DNA from: Eutreptiella sp. 'Long Island Sound 2002'
Taxonomy: Eukaryota > Protista > Euglenida
Length of the DNA: 64,000 nt
NCBI GenBank assembly: GCA_964036045.1
Contig: OZ038378.1
Span: forward strand, 137,888,001 to 137,952,000
Reading direction: 5' to 3'
Part shown: one piece after another, positions 24,290 to 34,711 of the stretch
Numbering within the stretch: the first letter of the stretch is position 1
Layout: each line of letters opens with the position of its first letter
Notes under the pieces: generated by a model
The model's input: only the letters and a program-made list of their open reading frames with translations
Databases searched by the model: none
Told to the model about the DNA's origin: nothing
Position numbers and translations under genes: made by a program

Positions 24290-25830
24290 CTAGGGATGCT
24301 GCCCAGTCCACTACATCGTCCACCGAAAATGCCCCCAACACATATGTCGCCTCCTCCATTTGGTGGCGGGCGATGGGGATGCCCACATCCAGGTGCACCC
24401 CACCACTAACCTGGTGCTAACCCCCCTGCCCCATTGCGACATGGTGTGCCCTCATGATTTTGTTGCAGGGGCAGCACTTGACCATTTTTTTTGCCCTTCA
24501 CCTGGCACCTTGCCAACCCCCGGTGGTGGGAGAATTTGGGCATGGCCCCTTTCCATCCCACCATCCACCATGGGGGGGTTCGGGAAGGGGTTCGGTGCGG
24601 AGGAGGGGTTCACTCGAAATGAAGGGGGGGGGGCACATGAGGCACCCCGGTACCATTGCAAAGAAGTGGTACTGCAGAAGGTAGGGTGGGTGATGTCAGG
24701 GATGTAACCCCGATCCCGACCCAACAGGGTTGGCCCCTCCCAGCCGCCTGTCAACTTCGTTGACGGGAACGGCTACATTGTGCTTTTGGGGGGTTGTCGA
24801 AGCACGGGATTGCGAAGTGGGGTGGAACAAGGTGATGAAGGCGTGGGGCAGCGACGACGAGAAAGTCGTCGCAAAAAACTATGAGCTGCCGTTGAACGCT
24901 GGGCGGAGTGAAGATCACGCAAGGGATCTTGATCTCCCCCGGCGTTGGCAAAGCAAAAGCTCGTTGGGGCAGTGGGTCAGGGGGCCCCTTTTCAAGAATT
25001 TCCACCCTCCCCCTTGTGAAAAGTGTCCCTGGGGTTGGGAAGCTCCACCAAATGACGCCGGGCAGTGTCATTGTGGCAAACGTGGCGAGTGGGTCCCAGC
25101 TCCCCCACACCAACGTCGCGACCCAACCCGAGGTACTTCCCCCCTACCACACGAACCATTTTGGGGTGTCACCTAAGTAGCTTGCTCTATTTTTGGGAGG
25201 AGTACCAGGTGCAGGTGCACGCGGGGACGGCCCTAGGGGAGGCGGAGGAGGTGCGCTAGGACACCAATCAGCTGCAGAGGGGGGACGCGCCGCTGATGGT
25301 GGCCACCAGCCCCCACCCTAGGATGCCTGCCCTCCCGGACTCGAAGGATGGGCTGCAGGGGGCTCTTTTTAACTTTTGGACTGCCGACGCCAAGCACCAC
25401 CACCACCAGCCCGAACGGCACGCACTTGGACCCCCCCCCCCTTGGCGATGCCCTGGCCGTTGCTGGGGATTTGTCCAGCTGGGACTGCCTCGGCGTGGAC
25501 CAAGTGTTGAGGGTGGTGAAGGGGGTGGTTGGGAGGGTGGGGTTGTGGGAGGGGGGTGCTGCCCAGCCCCTCTTCGCCGATGCCCCTGAGGCGGTCCCGG
25601 CCGGCCCCCCCTCCTTTCCCTACCACCCCATCTTGCTCTCCCGCTCCGCCCCGGCCACTGACCTCGCGGTCATCGAGATTGCCGAGCACAATGTCCTATT
25701 TTCTGTGGGCACCGTGCACCAGATCGAGATTTGCAAGGGGGACAACGTCGATGCGGAGTCGAAGATCCACATCGTCATCTCGGGCGTTGCGGCCCCCAAT
25801 GCGGCTGACCACGCTGTGGCACCTCCTTAG
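24290..25830 (+). pseudogene. A2 gene 1: Cys/His-rich segments followed by a PhyH-like 2OG-Fe(II) dioxygenase domain (~25300-25830)
   Basis: HLD at 25423-25431, QVLRVVKG, NVLFSVGTVH (His 25717, F+6 spacing) and a final strand KIHIVIS. Upstream CEKC...CHC segment. Confidence 0.55.
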
Positions 25831-26185
25831 CACTGCCCCAGCGTGGCGGCTGCCAAGTGCTCCAAGGCTGGGGCATGGTCAATCACCTGTCCATGTGATT
25901 GCAAGGTGTGCTTGAATGGGTGTTTGCTTGCTTCGTGGCCGAATTGGAGGAAGTTCGCACAAAATTTGTACGAACTTCGTATGAATTTCGTACGAACGAA
26001 AATGCTCGGCAAGTATGTGAACATGGAAGGTTCTGTGAAATTCGTAGGCAAATCGTACAATTTTCGCACGAATTTCACACGAATTTGTGCAAATTTCGTC
26101 CAATTTGTTCGTTTCATCGTTGCATTGCCGCATCCTTGCTCCCCCTTCCTCAAGTGCTATCTGGCACACTTTGCTTTGTCTGTAG

Positions 26186-27720
26186 GTCCCGTTCCACGCG
26201 TGGTCCCCGGAGTTCCGGCAGCACGTCCAGCGGCGGATCACGCCATACCATCGCGTGTCGGTGACGAGCGGGGAGAGCGAGCGGGTTCACGGCTCCAAGG
26301 GTGGACGGGCGCCGAGTGAGGCCGCAAGTGAGTGTGGCGAGGCGTCCGCGCGCTCGGGACGCGGTGCAGGGGGGCAGCAGCGAGGCCAACTCGGCTGCGG
26401 GGCGTGGGCAGGGGGCCGGGGGGGGAGGTGATCATCCCCATGCCGTCCCGCCAGGACTTGGGCACCGCCCACCTCGATCCCCCCCCCCCCCCCCCTTGGC
26501 CTGGGTCACCCTGTCCGCTAGGCAGCCGGATCCTGCCCAGCAGCAAAGGGTGGCGTCTGGGCGTGACAAGCGGCAGCGGCATCTTTCTGCCGTCTGGGAC
26601 CTGGCCATGGAGGCCCAAGGGGTGAAGGCCTTCCTCCGCATCATCATCCCCTACCCCCTTGTGATCAAGGGGTGTTCCAACCTGCCCGACGCGCAAGAGC
26701 TGGTGGGCATGTTTGCCTACCACCTGGTGAGCGGGCACTGGTGGGTGCAGACGGGGGTGGCGGGGATTGGGGAGGAGGGGACGGTGACCACGGCCGGCAT
26801 CATTGGGCCGGCCGTGGTCAAAGGGATGGAGAAGCAGAGGCCGGAGTGGGTGGATGTGGCATGGCTTGCCATGCGCATCCATGTGGGGAGGGTGTGGAGT
26901 AGGGGGGGGGTTGACGTCATTGACGTCAAGGTGGCGGGGGACGCCCCCCCCGCTCGGAAGCGGGAAGCCCCCGCCCCCCCCACCGCAAGGGGACATAGGT
27001 GCGCCCCCCCCCCCCTAAGACCCCGCGTACACTCACCCCCGCAGAGCGGGCGGCACGTGACCGGCCGAGGAGGGCTGTGGACGAATGGGTGGAGCAGCAA
27101 GAGCAACATCGCGCGACGTGGGAGGTCCGCGCGATCGGCGCGCAGGCCGCGCAGAGCGCCACCGGCTAGCCTGCCTCGGTAAGGCGAATGAAGACCGCCG
27201 GACCGTTGACACCGAGAGTGATGCTCTTTGCCGCGACAAGGATAACCTCACTAGCAAGGTGAACCCCTTGGAGCGGGACCTTGCGGCGCAGCGCAAGTCC
27301 CCGCGGGGTAGGGCACCGGGACCAAAAGCGGAGGGTGAGCCCGAGAGCCCAGTGGCCGAGAGGGGGTTGGGGGCGCCCAACCGCTGGCGCTCCGTTCCTT
27401 TAGGCCGGGTCGCAGGCATGGGATGCGCATGCTGAGGCGGCAGCGGGACAAATGAGGGTTGTCGCCACCGGCCTGCGCATGGACCTGCTAACGAGTGGCT
27501 AGTGGGTCGAGGTGGCGCACGTGGCGCCCGACCTGGCCTCGGTCGGTGCCGTTCACGACGACCCATCCCGGCAGTACTCCCCCCAGCGCCTTACGGCAGA
27601 GGCGATGGACGCCAATTTCGTGGAGGCGGTGGAGCAGAGCTCCCATGGCTCCGATGGGCGGAGGTCGGCTCCAAGGGGGGGGGGGGGGTAGGCTCCCTCT
27701 GACATCGCGACCTCCTGTCC
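26186..27720 (+). pseudogene. A2 gene 2 (unknown domain plus coiled coil)
   Basis: Starts after the TCTGTAG acceptor at 26185. ORF 26301-27182 contains QGVKAFLRIIIPYPLVI...LVGMFAYHLVSGHWW; conserved with A1. Confidence 0.6.
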
Positions 27721-27934
27721 CATCTAACCTGCACGGATGTTATTTGACTTCTCTATTAACACACATTCATTCACGTGAGATTCATACACAATTCGTACCA
27801 CTTTGGTACGAATTTGAAACCAATTTCGTACGAATTTCACGTGAATCTCACCAAATGTAGTCACGTTGTGCATCGGGATGGTAAAATCCTGCGACACAAT
27901 CCTTCCCATTTCCACAGGGTTTGTAGCACACACC

Positions 27935-29710
27935 ATGGGGCGTGGTGACGGGGCTCGGCCCAAGGAGCGGTTCCATTTGGTACTCGATCGCACGCGACGG
28001 AGGAGCTTACAAGACCTCGAGCAAGTTGTTACCAAGGAGCTTGCAGCACCCTACACTGTCCAGTACGTGCCCTCCACCCCGCAAATAGTGCTTACCCCGG
28101 ACACCAGAGTTGTACGGGCTGTCCAACCTGAGCCCAGCATGGAGGAGACGTTGATTATGGTTGTTTGGACGATCCGGTCGTTGCACCTCTCTAGGACATA
28201 GGCGCGGTACCTGGTGCGGAGCATGACGTACGGTGTGGTATGGGAACATGTGTACGGCATTCCTCGGCAGCTAGCCTTACCGGAGTCCCCGGCGTTCATT
28301 GCCTATACGGCGGAAGGCACGGCCATCTATGGCGCCTGCTACCTCCCTGACCGCATCGGACACTTGTACTAGTGTCGACCACCCCTACCCTTGGACATCA
28401 TGCAGCTCGGGGACCGACGGCTGCATTGGTTGCCTGTCGCCGTGGATGGTACATCGAGGCATACGGCCTCGTATGTCATTGCACGCTTGGTGGCACCACC
28501 AGCCCCAACCAACTATCTAGTTGCTGGCTACTAGGGGGCAGTGAAGTAGGAGACCCTTTGCGCGGCCTCACAAGGAATAGATTTTGATGATGAGTTGCGC
28601 AAGGGCGCAACCATAAGTTTCCGACATACGGAAGGGAATGATAGGCAGTCCCTTTTTATTCTGTATGCAGATGGGAAAGTGCAGGTGCTTATGGCGGGCT
28701 GCCAATGCTAGAAGGCAGAATCCCCCGGGGCCACGGTGTGCTGGGTTTGCATGCGCAGCCGTGCTCTTTGCGTTGCTACCTTTGGGACCACAAGTGCAAT
28801 AGACGCCAACTGGATAGGGGTTGTTGCCATAGGTGCCATATATAGGACCATTACAAGTGATGGGCGAGTGCCTGATTATGGCCTCCGTATTATGGTCCTC
28901 CGTGTCTTTTTGTGCGGCATAAACAGGACGGGGGACCTAGTCGTACAATTCACAGGTAAGGCACCGGCCATTGTGGCACGCACCATGCTCCCACCAGTTT
29001 TAGATGAGGCACGGCTTGCTGCACGAACTTGCACCCGTGCCTCATTAAACAATGACAAGTCAAACAGCAAGGTGAAGGTAAGGATGGAGTGTGCTCCTGC
29101 CATCCATATCCTGCGGAACAGGGGTTGGGAGAAAGTATTGGATGCTTGCCTACAACATCCCACTGTGAGGCAGCCTCAAGTAGGAGGAAAAAGTTGGCAG
29201 TCGGTGTGCAAGACGTGGTGGGAGACTTTTGCAAGCATGTGTGTATTCGTTTGGCGTTCCGCATGGTTCTCTGCAGCCGACTTGGGGCGGCTATGGAGCC
29301 ATAGCATAGCCATTGGCGCTGCCCACAATGAGCTGCGGTGGGGCAAACTTCGGTGGATGCATCTTTGGATCGACCACATATATTTTTTTGTAATCAAGTG
29401 CAGAATCTTGTCAAACTTCTCCTGCTTTGCCATGGAGGGGAGTCACCGGAGGCTGAAGCACATGTTGCGCCACAACAAGGGCCTAAGCCTCCTCCGGGGG
29501 AGACTAAGGGCGCAAGTGGTTGTGAACAACCACACCATTGATGATAGCCTTTGGTTGCATGGGTGGGATGCGACCCAAAGGGCACAAAATGGTCAAGGGC
29601 CCATGAGTGTACAAAGGTACGCAAGCCGTACAAGACGACGGCTTCTGACCGACATGGTGCACCTTCAGACCCTAGAGCGGCGGTTCCGGTGTCGCAAGAA
29701 ACGGCCATGA
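27935..29710 (+). pseudogene. A2 DDE transposase (RAG1/Transib/Chapaev-like)
   Basis: AVDGT (D1 ~28444), YADGK (D2 ~28670), CWVC, PDYGL, WMHLWIDH and FAMEGSHRRLK (E ~29434). Confidence 0.78.
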
Positions 29711-30163
29711 GAATACAACACGACCGCAAACCAGAGTTGCCTGTGGCCAGGGTTCATGCACGGATGCATTTGGGGGGGGGGGGGTACCCCGGGTGTTGGT
29801 ACAAATGAGGGGGAATTCGTACGAAATTGGTACGAAATTTGTGCAACCCCGGTAGGAAATTTGTGCGAATTTCGTACGAATTCACATGACTTCACACGCC
29901 TATGCATCGCTGCAGGCTTGCCGGGTTTAGGCACTTCTCGTTTTGGGCGCCGTTTGGGCATGGTGGATACTTTTGGGGCGGCACTTTCACTAGATTTTGC
30001 GTAATGAAGTTAGGGCAAGAATATTACCCCCTCAAAACCCTCAAAAGGAACCAAAAATATGGCGTTTTCCTCCGAAAACCTCGAAATTTGCCTCAATTTG
30101 CGTGAATATTCACGCCCCATTCCAACGGCCAGTTATCCCCCGTTCACGAAGGGTACACGGCGG

Positions 30164-30184
30164 AGGGCGGATTTATTTTTAGTG
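30164..30184 (+). pseudogene. 21 bp island of the element C transposase between A2 and B
   Basis: Reads (R)ADLFLV and joins in frame to ADTK at 34714 once B and one TG copy are removed. Confidence 0.65.
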
Positions 30185-30364
30185 TGGGGTGTGCTAGGGG
30201 CGGCATTCGGTACGAGCCCCCCCCCCCCCCACAATCCACACTTTCAAAGTATGGGTTAAACCCACGAAATGAACTTCCCACTTTCTAGGGGTGTTTTGGG
30301 GTCCATGTAGGTGTGTATGGCCTCACGGTGGCCCGTTGGGTAGAAGTTGAAAAAATGGCCGGGG

Positions 30365-30520
30365 AGGCTTCCTATTGGTGGGAACCCCTTCCCGGTTGCT
30401 AGTAGGAACCCCCTTCGTGGCTAGGAAGCCCCTTCCTACCATCCCCCAAGAATCGATTCCTACTATGTTCCTGGCCAGGAACCCCCTTCCCACTATGTTC
30501 CTACTACACTTCCTACCTAT
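30365..30520. repeat. Element B motif array (GTAGGAACC/GGTTCCTAC)
   Basis: Clusters at 30365-30520, 32440-32605 and 34360-34520, all non-coding. Confidence 0.82.
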
Positions 30521-31268
30521 TAATACTTGCACATTATTTTGACTTGTTTGCACGCTTTCAATGCCCGTGCGATGTTATTGCGCATGTGTGTCTGCGTCTC
30601 CCGTTGCCATTTTCTTCCCCTTTGTGCAGCACTTTTTCGGACATGTCAAACGCGAGTCGCTCCGGCTTTGGTGCATATCCTAGTGTGAGTCCGTTGGTGC
30701 ATGCATGTTGTACCACGGCGCGGCAATGGGGTTTGAGTGGTACCGTGATGTCAAGGATTTAACCCCTCCTACCTACATTACCTCCCCGGTGTCTTGTGCA
30801 ATTGCTCTTCCACTTACTTGCAACGAATTGCTTGTCACCCCATCTGACCTTGTTGTCACTCTACCCGCACAAGCACCAATCAACCACAACCTCAAGGACT
30901 TGAGACGGACTGGACATGCCCACTTGCTCAATTGCCCAACATTTGGATGGCGGAAAAGATGGATTTGGAGCAACGTTTCCTGTTGGAGAAGAAGAAGGTT
31001 GGGGTGTTCAATCATAACCCACCCCTTCCCGGCCGCCCTTCTGGCCCGCCTAGGGGGGAAATGGTGTATGGTGTTCCCTTCGATGGGCAGCACACACCAT
31101 CTCATGGCCAACGCATGCATGAGCTCCCTGCCATTGTAGCTTGCAGTCGCCGTTCTATTGGCAGGTGGCCGGTGCGCTTGTGGATGACCTTGAACGATCC
31201 GTGGCAGACATTTCCAAGGACCACCAGGACGTTTCCAAAGTCCGACAACATGTTGAATCAACTGCTAG

Positions 31269-31600
31269 GGTCGTGGTGGAGATGACCGCATTCATCGTGG
31301 CAGTGGTGATGACTACATCTATTGCAGCTAAGGTGACGACTACATCACTGGTGGTGCCGGGACAACTCCCTTTATGGAGATAGTGGAGACAGCAACCGGG
31401 CTGACTGTGGTGATGAATACACCCATGGCAGCCAAGGTAACGAATACAGCGCAGGTGGTGCTGGTGACGACTCCTTTTGTGGCGGTGGTGGGGATGACAA
31501 CATTCATGGTGGCAGTGGTGATGACTAAAGCCATGGCAGCCAAGGTGACGACTACATCACTGGTGGTGCTGGTGAGGACTCCATTCCTGGAGGTGGTGGA
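31269..31600 (+). pseudogene. RTX/hemolysin-type Ca-binding nonapeptide repeat region (cargo of B)
   Basis: In a frame not listed in the ORF track: GRGGDDRIH RGSGDDYIY CSxGDDYIT GGAGDNSLY ... GGAGDDSFC GGGGDDNIH GGSGDDxSH GSQGDDYIT GGAGEDSIP. 27 bp period, one 1 nt deletion and two stops. Confidence 0.78.
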
Positions 31601-32687
31601 AGTACTACTTTCACTTCCATTTTTAGGGCGGTGCTTTTGGTCAGCGGCACTGTGTGCCCAGGCGGAGGTTGCCCGCCTGCCCCAAGGAACTGCTCCTAAG
31701 GACCAGAGCTTTTGCTAGTGTTGTTGTTTTGCGTGTATTCTGGGTTCACAGCTTTGGATGCTTTGCGATGGGGTGGGTGTAACCGCCGTACTGTGTACCC
31801 GCGAGGAGTGGGGGTAGGCATCGGGGACAGGGCGCCTCAAGACACTATAAAGCAGGTGCCTACCTTGGGTTGGGTGCCCCACTCGCTTTTGGTTTGGTGT
31901 TGGGTTTGTGTGGTTATGTACTGCCTCTGCGGCCATGCCCCTTGGTGATGGCTTGTGCTGCACAGAAAAAAGACCTTGGTGTGCGGCCTTTGCGGGTTAA
32001 ATGCAAGCGTCAAGCGCTGGCTGTTCCCGCAATACTCTTGGTCCTTGTGCCGCCGGCATTGGAAATGGCCACAGTCCCAAGAAGTAGGACTAAAACCAAA
32101 AACACGACCAAGACAATGCACAATGCACGCACCTTGTCTTGGGCATCCTTGTGTTGCATCCTACCCTGCCATGTTGTTGAATCAGAAGTTGGAAATGATT
32201 CTCACTCCCATGCCGAGCCCCCTAACAAGGGTGCAAACCAATGCATGAATGTATTTGGGGCCTCGGTGTACTTGATTACCCCCACTTCCCTATCTGTGAA
32301 CAAACACAAATTGTACCCGCCAAATGAGTGGGATGGGTTTCCGGGCCTTTATCACAAATTTGTTTTCGGAAACAATGGTTTGAGACATGTGTTATGCCAT
32401 TGAACAAGTCCAACGCACTTTGATTGTTGTGCTTTGATTGGTAGGAAGGGTAATAGGAAGGGTGGTAGGAAGGGGTGTTTGTGGCCCAAAAAGACATTGT
32501 AGGAAGGGTGCTAAGAACAGTGTTCCTACCCAGAAACAGGGTTCCTATTGGGGTTTCTACCAGTGTTCGTGGCCCAGAAACGGGTGTTCGTACTGGGTTC
32601 CCACGACCTCCCGTCACTTCCTTACACTAGACTTTCTTGCATGGAAAAAATTGTAGAAGATTTCGAGCGGTAGCGGGTCAACTCCCC

Positions 32688-34265
32688 ATGAGTTCGGCGA
32701 AGGATCCGGCGGCACGTAAAAGAATGGAGTATGTGCGAAGGGTGGTGACGACAGTCGTCGGCGTACTCGTGACCGCTGAGACGACCGCACAAGGGTTCAT
32801 CGTCCGGGGCAACACCCACTGGGAGGAGATGTCCGACAGCGAGGAGGACGACGCTGAGGCGGTGCTAGAACGTGCACGCTCAATGCAATTTAGCGTGCGG
32901 CACATGTTGAAGATGCCGCGACGTTGCACTCGGGCTACACTTGATCGTGTGCGCGGAGATGTAACACCCCATCAGGGAAACCCATGCATTGTACAGGGTG
33001 CGGTTATAAGTAAGCGATCACCGGGTATCACATCACTGTTGGATGTAGTGACAACCCAAATTTCCCTTGCATAGCAATGTGGCGTCCTTGACGTTGCGAC
33101 CTCCCCAATACGAGTCATTGGGTGCCTTGACGCCACTCCTTTATCGAGCTCATCAGCCACACAATGTGACGTTTTTGTGGATTGTTGGGGGGATATAGAT
33201 GCCGCAAGTGATCCATGGCGGTGGGTCACTTGGTGGGCTTTAGATGGCCCTGATGATTCACGTTGCCGGAGTCGATCCGTGTGGCGCCTTCCACGATCAA
33301 GTAAAGGTGCTACAAGAGGAGTGTGATCTCTTAATGAACGGGGTCACCCAACGGTTCCACGTTTTTCTAACCGGTGATGGTAAATACATGGAAGTGTCCA
33401 ACAAGGACGTGGGGGGTAGCAAGTGTTGGTCATGTGACAAGGACGATTGTCTCATCCCCTGTCCAACGATTGACGGCACCATTAGGTGGGGTGCTTTTTT
33501 AAGAGGGATTCTTTGTTGTCGCAGAATTTGCGGTTGTGTACATGGTTGTTGCCGTGTCGCCACTGCGTTCGTCAAGCGGTTGGGTGCCACTTGCTTGGAT
33601 TGGATCCAAAATGACGCAGACGACAAGCGTTGGTTGGAAGAATTACGAGCATTGTGGCATGAATTAGTTCTCGATGCTCAACACATCCCCCATGCGCAAC
33701 GTTTGGCACCCCGCCCCCACAAAGCACCGCAAATGGATCTCACCGCGGCCCGGTTATTTTGGCAATGCAAGGAGAAGCAACGCAACTTGGTGCGCATTCT
33801 TGAACCTTGGTACGGGCACAAGACCATCGGTCTTGTGCGTGTTCACACTATTGTTACCACGTTTTTATATGCATTTGTGGTCTTGCATACCCCTTTCGCC
33901 TTGCGTCGTCCTCTTGTGGATGCCGAGGTACACCAAGCACCAGATTTGACGAGTAGGGTTTGCAAGGCCTGGGCCGCTCTAAAGTGGAAGCCCATACGTT
34001 GGGTCCATTAACTGTGTGCCATAGTGCATGTGTCTTCCGGATGCATCGGAGCATGCACATTTTTTCCAGTGTCCCCACCAACCATCGTAATTCGAAGTTC
34101 AAAGTAAGAATCGAAAACTCCATGCGGGGTTGGAGCTTGCGGAATCTGCGGCTCTTCAAAAGAGCCATGTGTCATGTTGTCAACATGGAAACATTGGATG
34201 TTGGCCTTCTCATGCATAAGGCATCAAAAGGCGAGGCCCTGGCACTTGTGACGCGCAAGCGGTAG
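32688..34265 (+). pseudogene. Element B DDE transposase (same family as A and C)
   Basis: GCLDATP (D1), LTGDGKY (D2), KCWSC, CVHGCCR, WVHxLCAH and FSSVPTNHRNSKFK (E position reads N). Confidence 0.75.
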
Positions 34266-34711
34266 GTCACTCGGGTAACACCATCACCTTCTTGATGCGA
34301 ATGTTCAGGTCTATTGTGTGTTCGTAGTGCTTCCCTGTCTTTGCGTGTTTCGTAATCTTGGTAGGAACCCTAGTAGGAACCCTGGTGGAAACCCCCTTCG
34401 TGGCCAGGAACACCTGGTAGGAACCTCCGTATGAACACGTTTTCGGGCCAAGAACCGTTGGTGGGAACCCTGTTCCTCCTACAAGGAGCCCAGTACGAAA
34501 AAGAAGGGGGTTCCTGGGTTTTGGGGGGGGGGGTGTTGGAAAAAATACACCACAGGTGACTTTTGCCCGAAAATTGAAGTTTTGCAGCTTAAGTGCACCA
34601 AAAGGGTTCTAGGCACATGGAAAAAGTGGTATGCCGTGGCATGGGTATCTACTTTTCAAAAAGTGGTAGGAATGGGGGGTTCCTACCAAATGCCGCCCCC
34701 GACACACCCCA

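Larger units (their letters stand above)
23890..30163 (+). mobile_element. Element A copy 2, complete with both termini, inserted in the C transposase
   Basis: Left end TTACCATGTACCTTGCGCGAAC-CGGCCATTTGAATGGG matches the reverse complement of the right ends. Three genes separated by motif arrays. Confidence 0.78.
30185..34711 (+). mobile_element. Element B: related DDE transposon with ~125 bp imperfect TIRs (TGGGGTGTG...CACACCCCA) and a 2 bp TG TSD
   Basis: Left TGGGGTGTGCTAGGGGCGGCATTCGGTACGAGCCCCCC vs right reverse complement TGGGGTGTGTCGGGGGCGGCATTTGGTAGGAACCCCCC. TG at 30183-30184 and 34712-34713. Removal restores the host reading frame. Confidence 0.82.

Noticed and set aside
24420-24620. 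A further HCD...FHPTIHHGG dioxygenase-like motif in A2 gene 1
   Set aside because: Needs one extra T in a T8 run, and the His-to-Arg spacing is short. Possible but not supportable without other copies.
25300-26760. Ulp1/OTU protease assignment from WDCLGV and SGHW
   Set aside because: Motifs are in the wrong order and in different genes; the DSBH reading fits gene 1 better.
30324-30330. CACGGTG heptamer as the left end of B
   Set aside because: No matching inverted sequence at the right side; the outer TGGGG TIRs match and have a TSD.
31340-31718. Thr/Val-rich mucin-like or membrane ORFs listed in the track
   Set aside because: Alternative-frame products of the 27 bp RTX-type repeats.
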